DNA from: an uncultured Gammaproteobacteria bacterium | GTDB taxonomy: Bacteria > Patescibacteriota > Patescibacteriia > Magasanikbacterales > UBA922 | DNA: 64,000 bases | Reading direction: 5' to 3' | Assembly: GCA_964612105.1 (NCBI GenBank) | Contig: CAZTEU010000001.1 | Location: 147,437-211,436 of the forward strand | Part shown: positions 34,930 to 45,698 of the stretch, one piece after another | Layout of the letters: the number at the start of each line of letters is the position of its first letter | How positions within the stretch are numbered: position 1 is the stretch's first letter | The notes under the pieces: model-generated | Told to the model about the DNA's origin: nothing | Seen by the model: the letters and a program-made list of their open reading frames with translations, nothing else | The model's database searches: none | Program-made: the position numbers and the translations under genes

Positions 34930-36717
34930 ATGAGTGAAAAGATACGCAATTTTTGTATAATCGCACACATAGATCACGGTAAATCAACACTGGCTGATCG
35001 TTTTTTGGAAGTTACAGAAACAATAGAATCGAGAGAGATGAAAAGTCAGGTCTTAGATCAGATGGAGTTAGAACAAGAGCGAGGAATTACAATAAAACTA
35101 CAGCCTGTAAGAATGTTACATAATGGATACACATTAAACTTGATAGATACTCCTGGTCACGTAGATTTTACTTATGAAGTTTCGAGATCACTAGCAGCTG
35201 TTGAGGGTGCAATACTACTTGTAGATGCAACACAAGGTGTACAAGCTCAGACCATTGGAAACTTGTATCTCGCATTGGATCAGGAATTAAAGATAATACC
35301 TGTACTAAACAAAATTGATTTACCAAACGCAGATACAGAAAAAGCCAGTGCAGAAATAGTTCATCTTTTAGGCTGTAATAAAGAGGACATACTAAAGTGT
35401 TCTGGTAAAACAGGAGAAGGAGTTAGTGCGGTTTTGGAAGAAGTTATAGAAAAAGTACCAGAGCCAAAAGAAAAAGGAGGGACTGCTAGGGCTCTAATCT
35501 TTGATTCATTCTATGATGATTACCGCGGTGTTATAGCATCAATAAGATTGCAGGAAGGTACCATGGCAAAAGGTGACAAGATTACTTTTATGGGAACAGG
35601 TGCAAAGGCGGAAATATTAGAGATTGGTCATTATTCACCAAAACTAAAAGCAGACAAAGTATTTGAAAACGGACAGATTGGATACATTGTTTCTGGACTT
35701 AAAGAACTTGGTCAGGTGCAGGTTGGAGATACAATTACACTATCAGAAGACCCTGCCACAGAACCTTTGCCTGGTTATAAACAAGTAAAACCGATGGTTT
35801 TTGCTGGCATTTTTCCCAAAGAAGGTGATGACTACAATGCCATGCGAGATGCTATAGATAAACTAAAGCTAAGTGATTCTGCTCTTGTATATGAACCAGA
35901 ACACTCACAAGTACTTGGTTTTGGGTTTAGGTGCGGTTTTCTTGGAATGCTTCATTTGGAAATATTTCAAGAAAGACTTGTACGTGAGTTTGGATTACAC
36001 ATTGTTACAACCGTACCAAGTGTTGCATACCAAGTACTAAAGACAAATGGTGAAGAATTAATAGCAAAAAGTCCACAAGACTTGCCTGGAGCATCTAGTA
36101 TAGAAAATATAGAAGAACCGTGGATGGTTGTGGATATAATTACACCAGACCAATATATTGGTAATGTTATGGGTCTAGTATCAGAAAGAAAAGGAAGATA
36201 CCTAAACACAGAATACATGAGTAGTGGATCTGGACAGCGTGTTATGTTGCACTACGAGATGCCTCTTTCTGCACTTATTACTGATTTCTATGATAAACTA
36301 AAGACTGTAACTAGTGGATACGCATCTCTCAACTATGAGTTTAAACGTTATGAGAAAGCAGATGTTGTAAAACTAGACATTCTTATCGCAGAAGAACCTG
36401 TAGAAGCACTTTCTACACTTGTATGGAGAGATGAGGCATTTAGAGTAGGAAAGAAAATAGTAAAATCTCTTAAGGATACCTTACCAAAAAAACAATTTGT
36501 TATTAAGATACAAGCAACCATAGGTGGAAAGATAATTGCTGCAGAAAGATTAAGTGCGTTAAGAAAGGATGTTACAGCAAAACTATATGGAGGTGATGTT
36601 ACACGTAAAAGAAAGTTATTAGAAAAACAAAAGAAAGGAAAGAAGAAAATGATGAGTATGGGTAAAGGTAAGGTAGATATACCAACAGAAGCTTATTTAG
36701 CAGTATTAAAAAGATAA
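34930..36717 (+). CDS. lepA: elongation factor 4
   Basis: IRNFCIIAHIDHGKSTLADR, DTPGHVDF and the LepA C-terminal domain. Confidence 0.9.
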   Translation: MSEKIRNFCIIAHIDHGKSTLADRFLEVTETIESREMKSQVLDQMELEQERGITIKLQPVRMLHNGYTLNLIDTPGHVDFTYEVSRSLAAVEGAILLVDATQGVQAQTIGNLYLALDQELKIIPVLNKIDLPNADTEKASAEIVHLLGCNKEDILKCSGKTGEGVSAVLEEVIEKVPEPKEKGGTARALIFDSFYDDYRGVIASIRLQEGTMAKGDKITFMGTGAKAEILEIGHYSPKLKADKVFENGQIGYIVSGLKELGQVQVGDTITLSEDPATEPLPGYKQVKPMVFAGIFPKEGDDYNAMRDAIDKLKLSDSALVYEPEHSQVLGFGFRCGFLGMLHLEIFQERLVREFGLHIVTTVPSVAYQVLKTNGEELIAKSPQDLPGASSIENIEEPWMVVDIITPDQYIGNVMGLVSERKGRYLNTEYMSSGSGQRVMLHYEMPLSALITDFYDKLKTVTSGYASLNYEFKRYEKADVVKLDILIAEEPVEALSTLVWRDEAFRVGKKIVKSLKDTLPKKQFVIKIQATIGGKIIAAERLSALRKDVTAKLYGGDVTRKRKLLEKQKKGKKKMMSMGKGKVDIPTEAYLAVLKR

Positions 36718-36820
36718 TATGGCAAAAGGTAAACATAAGCGCCTAAAACTAATAATTGCGATTATTGGTATATTAGGAATGCTTTTCTTTACGGTTCTAC
36801 CGGCTTTCTATTAAATTAAT

Positions 36821-37225
36821 ATGAAAAAGAAAAAGAAGTTAGATGTAATCCACAACTATCAATTCTGGGTAACACTTATTTTTACTGTTGGGCTTTTTTT
36901 AATGATTCCATACTACACAATTATTATTTATGCCCAACAAGACATGGTAGACTGGCAATGGTACTATGCAGTGCTGTGGATAATCATTCTACTTATTGTA
37001 GGGTTTAAACTAAGAGGTAAAATACCCAGTAGGCAGAAGGTAAAGGCAAAGAAATCTCATTTTATTTATTGGATATTACTTGGTATATTTTCTGTCGGCT
37101 GGTACGTCGGAGAGCCTGGTAATATTACTCACTTACGTAGCCTTAACATCGTATTTATTGTCTATACGATATTTATAGCAGATTCATTCTGGGATTTTAA
37201 AAAAATATATAAAAAGAAAAAATAA
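36821..37225 (+). CDS. small membrane protein (hypothetical)
   Basis: 134 aa with four hydrophobic segments. Confidence 0.35.
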   Translation: MKKKKKLDVIHNYQFWVTLIFTVGLFLMIPYYTIIIYAQQDMVDWQWYYAVLWIIILLIVGFKLRGKIPSRQKVKAKKSHFIYWILLGIFSVGWYVGEPGNITHLRSLNIVFIVYTIFIADSFWDFKKIYKKKK

Positions 37226-37227
37226 TT

Positions 37228-39003
37228 ATGGATAAGAAATGGGTAGTACTGCAAGAACCGCCTGTCAACTTTTTTGAGGAACATCCGGAACTCCCTCCTG
37301 TTGTTGCTCATTTGTTATATCACAGAGAGATAAGAACTCAGGATAAAATAGATGAGTTCCTAAACCCAGACTACTCCCAGGATGTACATGATCCATTTCT
37401 TTTTAGAGACATGGAAAAGGCTGTGAGTAGGGTGTTTAAAGCTATTGAAGAGAAAGAAAAAATTACAATTCACGGAGACTATGACGCAGATGGTGTGAGC
37501 GCATCTGTAATACTCTCATCACTATTCCGTGCGCTTGAATATACCAACTTCAGCGTTTTTCTGCCTCACAGAGAAACAGATGGATACGGACTAAACATTA
37601 ACACAATACAAACACTTCATAACGAGGGCACAAAGCTTATTATAACTTGTGACTGTGGAGGAAGTAATGTAGAAGAGATAAACAAAGCAAACGAATTGGG
37701 AATTGATGTAATAATCACAGACCATCACACAACACCGGAGGAATTACCCCCAGCACATGCAATAATTCATCCAAAAGCACCAGGAGAACCATATCCTGAC
37801 AAAGGACTGGCTGGTGGTGGGGTTGCGTTCAAATTAATGCAGGCGATTCTAAAAGAACATAAAAAAAATCATGATGAGCTTCCAGATGGAACTAAGCATG
37901 ATGCGTTAGAAAAATGGCAACTAGATATGGTTGCTATAGCAAGTGTGGCGGATATGGTGCCCCTTGTTGGTGAATCTCGCACACTAACAAAATATGGTTT
38001 AATTGTGTTGAATAAGACGCGAAGAACGGGTCTACAGAAATTGTTGTTGGAAGCAAGACTGATGGATGAGGATGGGAGTATGAAAAGAGAATTGGATGCA
38101 CAAACTATCTCATTCCGCATTGCACCACGAATAAACGCAGCGGGCAGAATGGATCATGCAAATGTTGCATATGAGCTGTTGGTAGCACAGAACCCTACGG
38201 ATGCAGTGGATTTAGCGTTCAGACTGGATCAGAATAATTCTGATAGACAAAAAGATACTGAGGAATTAGTGAAAAAGGGCAAAGCACAAATAAAAGAAAA
38301 CCCAGATGCTCCTTTCGTATTCGTTATTGGTGAGGGCTGGCCAGCAGGTTTAGTTGGATTAATTGCAAGTAAATTAAAGGAGGTTACAGGTAAGCCAACA
38401 ATTGTAATGTCAAAAAGTGAAAGAGAAATAATGGGGTCTGGTAGGAGTATAAATGGCTTTAACATGATTGAATCATTACAAGAGATGCCAGAGTATTTTA
38501 CTAAGTTCGGTGGACATCCAATGGCCTGTGGTTTTACATTATCAGATCCAGAAAAACTGGAAAGCTTTAAAAAAGATCTTACAACTAAGTTCGTAGAAAA
38601 GACAAAGGATATAGATGTAACACCTACACTAGAAATTGATGCTGAGATAACTTTAGAAGAAATTAATTGGGACTTGTACGATATCTTGCAAAAGTTCGAA
38701 CCTTTTGGACAAGCAAATCCAGAACCAACATATTTAGCTAGAGGAGTTACTGTTGTGGCAATAGAGCCTGTAGGAAAAGATGGTAAACATGGTAGGCTTA
38801 TGGTAAAACACAAGACACCAAGGATACGTAAAACTATTGGCTGGCATTTATGCAATACAAACAATGGAAACACAAACTGGTGTAAAGCCCTCAAGGCTGG
38901 TGATATAATTGACTTAATATTCACAATTTCTGTAAACGAATGGAATGGAAATCGTGAATTGCAATTAACTATAAAAGATCTACGTAAATCAGAAGTAGAA
39001 TAA
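37228..39003 (+). CDS. recJ: single-stranded-DNA-specific exonuclease RecJ
   Basis: DHH motifs HGDYDADGVSA and DHH, a DHHA1 domain and a C-terminal OB-like domain. Confidence 0.85.
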   Translation: MDKKWVVLQEPPVNFFEEHPELPPVVAHLLYHREIRTQDKIDEFLNPDYSQDVHDPFLFRDMEKAVSRVFKAIEEKEKITIHGDYDADGVSASVILSSLFRALEYTNFSVFLPHRETDGYGLNINTIQTLHNEGTKLIITCDCGGSNVEEINKANELGIDVIITDHHTTPEELPPAHAIIHPKAPGEPYPDKGLAGGGVAFKLMQAILKEHKKNHDELPDGTKHDALEKWQLDMVAIASVADMVPLVGESRTLTKYGLIVLNKTRRTGLQKLLLEARLMDEDGSMKRELDAQTISFRIAPRINAAGRMDHANVAYELLVAQNPTDAVDLAFRLDQNNSDRQKDTEELVKKGKAQIKENPDAPFVFVIGEGWPAGLVGLIASKLKEVTGKPTIVMSKSEREIMGSGRSINGFNMIESLQEMPEYFTKFGGHPMACGFTLSDPEKLESFKKDLTTKFVEKTKDIDVTPTLEIDAEITLEEINWDLYDILQKFEPFGQANPEPTYLARGVTVVAIEPVGKDGKHGRLMVKHKTPRIRKTIGWHLCNTNNGNTNWCKALKAGDIIDLIFTISVNEWNGNRELQLTIKDLRKSEVE

Positions 39004-39007
39004 AAAT

Positions 39008-39406
39008 ATGAAAGTATTAATCTATACAGATGGAGGATCCCGTGGTAATCCAGGACCTTCTGCAACAGGAGTGGTTATAAAAAATGAAGATGGGGATGTT
39101 TTAGAAGCATACGGAGAATCTCTAGGGTCACAAACAAATAATTATGCAGAGTATAGCGCTGTTATTTCTGGATTAAAAAAAGCACATGAGTTAAAGGCAG
39201 ATGAGGTTGAGTGTATTGCAGATAGTAAACTACTTGTAGAACAACTAAATGGTAATTGGAAGGTAAAAGAACCAACACTACAGAAATTATTTGTACAGGC
39301 ATGGAACGAACTGCAGAAGTTCAGGAAATATAAAATACGCCATGTAAGGCGCGAATTAAACAAAGAGTCTGATGCAGAGGTTAATAAAATATTAGATAAC
39401 CTATAA
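39008..39406 (+). CDS. rnhA: ribonuclease HI
   Basis: YTDGGSRGNPGP...NNYAEY... matches the RNase H fold. Confidence 0.8.
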   Translation: MKVLIYTDGGSRGNPGPSATGVVIKNEDGDVLEAYGESLGSQTNNYAEYSAVISGLKKAHELKADEVECIADSKLLVEQLNGNWKVKEPTLQKLFVQAWNELQKFRKYKIRHVRRELNKESDAEVNKILDNL

Positions 39407-40087
39407 TCCGTGTTTGTTAAAGAGAATATTTTTCGCCTTTTCGTATAATTTAACACGACCGCTGAACCATGGTAACCATTTCCATGGTTTTTTATATGCA
39501 AACGAGGGTAGCCAGTTACTAATACTCCCTTTCCTTGTCTGGGCTACAAAAAGATATTCGTCAATCCAGATACCCACATTCCCTTTCTCCGACATAGTCA
39601 ACCAAAGATCCCAATCTTGGAACCTTTTTAGAGACTCATCCCATCTTATTGCATCTACTCTTCTAATTAAACTTGTTGAGTGAATATAGTTTCTCTTTTT
39701 TAATAAATCAACATCAAATTCTTGCGCTGGCATTTTTCTTTTTCCAAAAGACATGTTTGTATATGCAAAACTTGCCTCTCTATTTTTTTCTAGAACATTT
39801 GTTAACTTTTCTAGAAATGTGGATTCTGCAACTATATCAGCATCCCAAAAAATAATATACTCTCCCTTTGCTACATCTAAACCACTATTCCTTGCAGATG
39901 GCGCTCCTTTGTTTTCCTTTCTTATTAATTTATATTTTTTGCTTTCTAGAAGTTTTTCATCACTACCACTGTCTACAACAATAATCTCAACATTTTTATA
40001 TGTCTGCTTATCTATGGATGCTAGTGCATCATTAAGCTCCTTTAAATGATTATAGACAGGTATAACTATGCTTACTAAACCTTTCAT
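39401..40087 (-). CDS. family 2 glycosyltransferase
   Basis: VSIVIPVYN...VDSGSDE and a DxD-type motif (WDAD). Confidence 0.7.
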   Translation of the reverse strand: MKGLVSIVIPVYNHLKELNDALASIDKQTYKNVEIIVVDSGSDEKLLESKKYKLIRKENKGAPSARNSGLDVAKGEYIIFWDADIVAESTFLEKLTNVLEKNREASFAYTNMSFGKRKMPAQEFDVDLLKKRNYIHSTSLIRRVDAIRWDESLKRFQDWDLWLTMSEKGNVGIWIDEYLFVAQTRKGSISNWLPSFAYKKPWKWLPWFSGRVKLYEKAKNILFNKHGL

Positions 40088-40099
40088 ACAGAAATCTTT

Positions 40100-41272
40100 T
40101 TAACCTTTTGTCTCACTTTCACCACCTGCTTGCAACCACTTATCTAAAACTTTTATCTGATTATCCCAAACAAATGTAGATTTTATTCTCTGTTGACCCG
40201 CTTCCCCCATCCGACGTGCAAAATCTTTGTTAGTTAACATTTGCACAAGCCCTTCACCTGCTGCAGGCAAATTCTGGATTACATCTACTACTAATCCTGT
40301 TTGTGCATGTTGTACAGCTTCCACAACCCCACCACTTTTTCCAGCCACTACAGGCAAACCACAGGCTGCTGATTCTAGAAAAACTAAACCTAATCCTTCT
40401 TCTCTTCCTTCATCTGGGTGGGTAAACAGCGCAAAGACGTCGGCTAGGTAGTAATATTTTTTTATTTGCTCGTGTGGAACCATTCCTAAATACCTAACCA
40501 CATTCTGTAAATTGTACTTACGTATCTCATTATACATCTCTGCACGCTTTGGACCTTCTCCAATAATCACCCAAACCAAGTGTGGTACTTTCTCCAGGAC
40601 TTTTGGAATAATCCTAACCATGTGAGGAAAACCTTTTCCATCGTCTATACGACCAATAGATAATATAACTTGCTTACCTTCTAAAGCCAACTCATCCCTA
40701 AGTTTTTGTATTGCCTTTTCGTCTGCTGGAACAAAAAACTCCTTGTCTGGGCATGGATACATTACAGTGCTGATGGGTTCAAATTGAGGCAGAACTCGCA
40801 ATAGACGGCGTTTTAGGTTATTACTGTTAAATATTACCTGTTCGCACTCTTTTATCACTCTAGTGGCCATTTTTTTCTTCCAGGAGGTCTGTGTGGCTGC
40901 AACTATGTCTGTTCCATGAGAAAATACAATAAATGGTATCTTAAAGAACCTTTTCATCAAAAGTCCAATATATCCAACAGGAAGAACGTGGTGTACCATT
41001 ATGAGCTCAACCTTATATTTCTTAACTATTTTTCTTACAATAAAAAATAGTCTAATCCATCTTGGCCAAATAAATTTTGGAAAATATAATTTTTTTCTAA
41101 TTAAGGTGTATTCTACATTATCTTCATCCCACTCTTTATCCCCTTTCATTTCTGGCGCAAGCATTATTGTCTGCGCTGGATCAAAAGCTTTTGCTAGCTG
41201 ATGACAAAAAGTTGCAATACCTCCAATTTGTGGAGGATATTCTAAAGTAATTATTAGTGTTATCTTCTGCAT
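40100..41272 (-). CDS. family 4 (GT-B) glycosyltransferase
   Basis: GT4 C-terminal EGLGLVFLESAACGLPVVA with an E-x7-E motif. Confidence 0.7.
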   Translation of the reverse strand: MQKITLIITLEYPPQIGGIATFCHQLAKAFDPAQTIMLAPEMKGDKEWDEDNVEYTLIRKKLYFPKFIWPRWIRLFFIVRKIVKKYKVELIMVHHVLPVGYIGLLMKRFFKIPFIVFSHGTDIVAATQTSWKKKMATRVIKECEQVIFNSNNLKRRLLRVLPQFEPISTVMYPCPDKEFFVPADEKAIQKLRDELALEGKQVILSIGRIDDGKGFPHMVRIIPKVLEKVPHLVWVIIGEGPKRAEMYNEIRKYNLQNVVRYLGMVPHEQIKKYYYLADVFALFTHPDEGREEGLGLVFLESAACGLPVVAGKSGGVVEAVQHAQTGLVVDVIQNLPAAGEGLVQMLTNKDFARRMGEAGQQRIKSTFVWDNQIKVLDKWLQAGGESETKG

Positions 41273-41275
41273 AAA

Positions 41276-42715
41276 TTATGCTTTTGATTTTGCTATAGTA
41301 CCCATAAACTTCTTAAACTGTACCATATTTATAGCCCTTGTTACAAACAACATTGTAGGATATACAACAACCCCAACTAAGATTGCGAGTATAAAATGGC
41401 TCATTTCGTTTATTTTTATTACAAAAAATCCCATTACTATTGCGGAAGTAAAAATCTGCAAAACACTCCTAATCATAAAGGAATGAGATATTGCAGTCAC
41501 TTTTGGAACAAACGCATATCCAATAGCTGTGAGAAGAAAATTTCCAACAAAAGCAGAGGTGGCAGCACCAACTATTCCATATATTGGAATCAGGAATAAG
41601 TTAAGCGCAATATTTATTACCATAACTACTCCAATAATAACTGTTTGTGTAACTTGTCTATTGCATGCATTAAGGAATGCACCAATTGGAAAACTCAAAT
41701 ATGAAAAGATTAAACTAAATATTAGAATCTGAAGAGGCAATATTGAATCTACATACTGTGAAGTATACAGTGTTAATATAATGTCTTTTGCAAGTACACT
41801 TACTCCTACGGCAATAGGGGTCGCTATGATTAACAAGTACTTCAATCCCTGTTGAAAAATATAAGCTAATCTTTTCCTATCACTTACAAAATATTCACTA
41901 AATCTTGGGAACATCGCAGCAACTAGTGCCAGAGGAATAAACTGGAACGCGTATGTTATCTTATACGGTATACTATACAATCCTACAGCAACATTACCAG
42001 CAAGCTTGGAAAGCAAAATAGAATCTACATATGAATATACGCGAGCGAATATTCCTGCAATAGCAAAAGGAATTGCTATCCTACCTAGGTACACAAATGA
42101 TTGTTTATCAAAACTCGGCACTAGTTTAAACCTAAGCTTCCAAACAAGAATTGAAGAAGCAAAACATACATTTAGGAAACTTGGAATTGTGAAGGCGAGT
42201 ATTAGAAATATAAGTGGAAAGTGGAAATATAGGAAAATACTACCTAGGATTAGAGTGAGCAACTGGCTTATCGTTATACTTATTGCTTCATATTTCAAAT
42301 CCCCTACTGCGCGCAATACTCCGTACATTGTTAAATGTACTGAATCAAACAACATTGTTACAGCAGAAAGATACACCATATGGCGTATCTCAACACTGTA
42401 ACCCATCAAATTTATTGCAACGAAAGCACCAATATAGGAAAGTACTCCCAACAATACCTTTACAGATAATACTGTAGAGAAGTATGTTTGCATTTTCTCT
42501 TTCACCTTTGCAGACTCACGAATCATTACGTTCGTCAGCCCCATATCTACAAAAACAACAAAGATAGTAGTAAATGACAAAGCAAAAAAATACATGCCTG
42601 TACCTTCCACACCAACCATTCTTGCAATCATTGTAAAATAAACAAAAGAAATTATCTTCTGCCCAATAGATGCCATTGTCATGAAAGCTGTATTTTTTGC
42701 AATAGATCTAGACAT
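41276..42715 (-). CDS. polysaccharide/oligosaccharide flippase (MOP/Wzx family)
   Basis: About 12-14 TM segments with MOP-type N-terminus MSRSIAKNTAFMTMASIGQKI. Start taken at the second Met. Confidence 0.6.
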   Translation of the reverse strand: MSRSIAKNTAFMTMASIGQKIISFVYFTMIARMVGVEGTGMYFFALSFTTIFVVFVDMGLTNVMIRESAKVKEKMQTYFSTVLSVKVLLGVLSYIGAFVAINLMGYSVEIRHMVYLSAVTMLFDSVHLTMYGVLRAVGDLKYEAISITISQLLTLILGSIFLYFHFPLIFLILAFTIPSFLNVCFASSILVWKLRFKLVPSFDKQSFVYLGRIAIPFAIAGIFARVYSYVDSILLSKLAGNVAVGLYSIPYKITYAFQFIPLALVAAMFPRFSEYFVSDRKRLAYIFQQGLKYLLIIATPIAVGVSVLAKDIILTLYTSQYVDSILPLQILIFSLIFSYLSFPIGAFLNACNRQVTQTVIIGVVMVINIALNLFLIPIYGIVGAATSAFVGNFLLTAIGYAFVPKVTAISHSFMIRSVLQIFTSAIVMGFFVIKINEMSHFILAILVGVVVYPTMLFVTRAINMVQFKKFMGTIAKSKA

Positions 42716-42812
42716 GTGAAAGTATTTTACGCCAAAATAAGGCAAAAAACAAGGTCATATTAGAACAAAATACAAAATCGGACTTTGTATATCCGATTTT
42801 TGTTGTTTTTTC

Positions 42813-43211
42813 TTAACGCTTTCTCCACTGGTGTCCCCGTCTTGCTTTGTATTTTCCAAACTTCTTTCTTTCTTTTGCACGCGGATCACGAGTTAGAAAT
42901 CCTTCTGCTTTTAGTACTGGTCTTAATTCTTCGTCTAATGCTACAAGTGCACGTGCTATACCATGACGTACTGCTTCTGCCTGACCGTGACTTCCACCAC
43001 CAGCAACCTTAACAGTCACATCTAAAGCATCTGTTCTACCTGTAACTTTTAAAGGAGCTAGGACAAGATCCTGAGACAGTTTTATTGGAAAATATTCTTT
43101 GTAATCTTTTCCATTAACAATTATTGATCCTTTTCCTTTTAGTAGGCGCACTCTTGCTGCTGCAGTTTTTCTACGCCCCAACCCTTTTGTTAATATATCT
43201 GTAATAGCCAT
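42813..43211 (-). CDS. rpsI: 30S ribosomal protein S9
   Basis: C-terminal GGGSHGQAEAVRHGIARAL...KFGKYKARRGHQWRKR. Confidence 0.9.
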   Translation of the reverse strand: MAITDILTKGLGRRKTAAARVRLLKGKGSIIVNGKDYKEYFPIKLSQDLVLAPLKVTGRTDALDVTVKVAGGGSHGQAEAVRHGIARALVALDEELRPVLKAEGFLTRDPRAKERKKFGKYKARRGHQWRKR

Positions 43212-43213
43212 AT

Positions 43214-43570
43214 TTAGTTCTTAATGGTTAGGCGCTTCATCATCTCGTTGCGTAGCTTGTTTTTAGGTAGCATTCCAAACACAGCTCTTTTAAGTACCTC
43301 AGCTGGATTCTCATCGAATACTTTCTTCATTGGTGTTCGTCTTAGACCACCTGGATACATTGTGTGATGAAAATAGTCTTTTTGTTCTAGTTTTTTGCCT
43401 GTAAATTTCACTTTTGAAACATTTATTACAGTAACAAAATCTCCAGCATCAATATGAGGTGCAAAGCTTGGCTTATCCTTTCCTCTAAGAATCATTGCAA
43501 CTTCAGTTGCAACACGACCAACCGCTCTATCTTCAGCATTTATTTCTTGATGTTCTCGCTCTATTTTCAT
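43214..43570 (-). CDS. rplM: 50S ribosomal protein L13 (short form)
   Basis: AVGRVATEVAMILRGKDK is collinear with E. coli L13. ATGA overlap with the rplQ stop. Confidence 0.85.
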   Translation of the reverse strand: MKIEREHQEINAEDRAVGRVATEVAMILRGKDKPSFAPHIDAGDFVTVINVSKVKFTGKKLEQKDYFHHTMYPGGLRRTPMKKVFDENPAEVLKRAVFGMLPKNKLRNEMMKRLTIKN

Positions 43571-43917
43571 ACAAATTCAATTCTTACTGTCTCGGCAGCA
43601 TCATTTACACGTGTACCGATTTTTATAATCCTTGTGTATCCACCATCCCTATCCTTATAGCGTGGACCAATCTCTTCCATAAGTTTTTTTACTGCCTTAT
43701 CAGTATATAGTACTTTAATTGCTTCACGTCTTGCAGATAATGTGCCTTTTCTAGCTTTTGTTACTAAAGGTTCTATAACAGAACGTAAAGCTTTTGCTTT
43801 TGCTTTAGTAGTTTTTATTCCACCATGTATAACTAGACTATCAGCTAAACTACGCATAAGAGCTTTTCTTTGCGCTGTTTCCCTTCCAAGTGTTGCTTTC
43901 TTTTTCTGGTGTCTCAT
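43567..43917 (-). CDS. rplQ: 50S ribosomal protein L17
   Basis: MRHQKKKATLGRETAQRKALMRSLA. Confidence 0.9.
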   Translation of the reverse strand: MRHQKKKATLGRETAQRKALMRSLADSLVIHGGIKTTKAKAKALRSVIEPLVTKARKGTLSARREAIKVLYTDKAVKKLMEEIGPRYKDRDGGYTRIIKIGTRVNDAAETVRIEFV

Positions 43918-43927
43918 ATTCTACAAG

Positions 43928-44632
43928 TTAAGCTACTTCTCCAGTTAAGTCAATTAGTAATGAGAAGTGATCCATTAATATCTTTGTTGCTTGACCAACC
44001 GCATCCTTTGGAGAAATGGTTCCATCTGTTACAACTGTAAGAGTAAGTTTTTCAAAGTCAGTAACATCACCAACACGAGTGTTTTCTACTCTGTATCCTA
44101 CATCCCTAATTGGGGTGTACAATGAATCAATCGCAATAGTACCTAAATCATATGCTCTACTATCCTTTTCTGCAGCTGGCACATAACCACGCCCTTGTCC
44201 AATAGTTACTTCTATATCTAACTCTGTACTATCATCAGTAATATTTGCAATTACTAAATCTTTGTTTGCAAACTCTATGTCTGCATTTTTTTCAAAGTCT
44301 CCAACTTTAACAGCTCCTTTGCCTTTTTTGGTAAGGCTAAGTGTTACGGGAGCATCTGCATGTGACATAACAGCCACCTGCTTGAGATTAAGAATAATCT
44401 CCACCACATCTTCTTGAATTCCTTCTACAGAAGAAAATTCATGTTGTGCACCTTTAATTTTTACAGTCTCCACTGCGGCACCAGGCAGTGATGACAAAAG
44501 TACTCGACGCAATGCATTTCCAATGGTTGTACCATATCCCTTATGACACGGTGTAACCACAATCTGACCAGTGTGTTCATGGTCTGTCTCATTGAACTCG
44601 ATTGTTGTTGGGAGCATTATTTGCTGTTCCAT
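43928..44632 (-). CDS. rpoA: DNA-directed RNA polymerase alpha subunit, N-terminal domain only (no alpha-CTD)
   Basis: The 234-aa ORF matches the alpha-NTD (dimerisation and beta/beta' contacts). It stops 11 nt before rplQ, leaving no room for a CTD. Confidence 0.8.
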   Translation of the reverse strand: MEQQIMLPTTIEFNETDHEHTGQIVVTPCHKGYGTTIGNALRRVLLSSLPGAAVETVKIKGAQHEFSSVEGIQEDVVEIILNLKQVAVMSHADAPVTLSLTKKGKGAVKVGDFEKNADIEFANKDLVIANITDDSTELDIEVTIGQGRGYVPAAEKDSRAYDLGTIAIDSLYTPIRDVGYRVENTRVGDVTDFEKLTLTVVTDGTISPKDAVGQATKILMDHFSLLIDLTGEVA

Positions 44633-44670
44633 AAGTAATGAGATTATTGAGGACAGGCTAGGATCCTCAT

Positions 44671-45294
44671 TTAACGTGTTGCGTAAAACTCAATAATTAA
44701 TTTTACATCAAAAAGTTTATCGACATCTTCGTCCGCCGGATCATGTAACACCTTTCCAGATTTCTTGTTCGGATCTACTAACAACCATGATGGAGGTGTG
44801 TGTTTACTTAATTTATCTGTAATTTCGTTGAAAAAGCTTTTGGTTTCTTTTCCTGGCTTAATTGAAACTTCATCACCTGCTTTTACTAGGTATGAAGGAA
44901 TGTTCATCTTCTTTCCGTTTACAACAAATAAGCCGTGATTTACTATCTGACGAGCCTGTGCTCGTGTAGACGCAAATCCCATACGATATACAACATTATC
45001 TAGTCTTGATTCTAAGATTTGCAATAAGTTCTGACCAGAATCACCATCTCTTCGTGTTGCTTCATTAGCATATCCACGAAATTGCTTTTCTCTTATACCG
45101 TATACAAATTTTGCTTTTTGCTTTTCTGCTAATTGCTTTCCAAAAGAAGACTCAGACTTACGACGCCTAGCTGTACCATGAACACCAGGCTTCTGACCTA
45201 GTCTACGTGCAACCTTAGTAGGATTAGTCTTTAATCCAAGATTAATCCCGAAACGTCTAGCTATTTTATTTTTTGGTCCTATATATCTACCCAT
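44671..45294 (-). CDS. rpsD: 30S ribosomal protein S4
   Basis: MGRYIGPKNKIARRFG is the canonical S4 N-terminus. The track start 45330 is rejected because it overlaps rpsK. Confidence 0.85.
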   Translation of the reverse strand: MGRYIGPKNKIARRFGINLGLKTNPTKVARRLGQKPGVHGTARRRKSESSFGKQLAEKQKAKFVYGIREKQFRGYANEATRRDGDSGQNLLQILESRLDNVVYRMGFASTRAQARQIVNHGLFVVNGKKMNIPSYLVKAGDEVSIKPGKETKSFFNEITDKLSKHTPPSWLLVDPNKKSGKVLHDPADEDVDKLFDVKLIIEFYATR

Positions 45295-45299
45295 ATTTT

Positions 45300-45695
45300 T
45301 TAAACACGTCGTCTTTTTGGTGGACGGCAACCATTGTGTGGAATCGGTGTGACATCCTTGATTGAAATTACTTGTATACCATTTGAGTGAAAGGCCCTTA
45401 TTGCACCTTCACGTCCTCCGCCGATACCTTTTACATACACGCTTACCTCTTTAACTCCACAATCTTTTATTCTTTCTGCTACAGATTTTACAACCTGCTG
45501 CGCAGCATATGGAGTAGCTTTCTTTGGCCCTTTAAATCCTACAGATCCAGCACTTGACCAACCAAGAACATCTCCATTTTGATCAGTAACAGTTACAATA
45601 GTATTGTTAAAAGTAGCTTGAACATAAGCACGCCCGTGACCAACATTTGTATTTAAGGCTTTTTTCTTCTTACTTTTCTTTAATTTCTTTGCCAT
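45300..45695 (-). CDS. rpsK: 30S ribosomal protein S11
   Basis: S11 signature [20 protein letters not shown]. Confidence 0.9.
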   Translation of the reverse strand: MAKKLKKSKKKKALNTNVGHGRAYVQATFNNTIVTVTDQNGDVLGWSSAGSVGFKGPKKATPYAAQQVVKSVAERIKDCGVKEVSVYVKGIGGGREGAIRAFHSNGIQVISIKDVTPIPHNGCRPPKRRRV

Positions 45696-45698
45696 ATA

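Noticed and set aside
45295-45330. Longer S4 N-terminus ([16 protein letters not shown]...) overlapping rpsK
   Set aside because: S4 proteins begin MGRYIGPK. The extension would overlap the rpsK 3' end by 31 nt.
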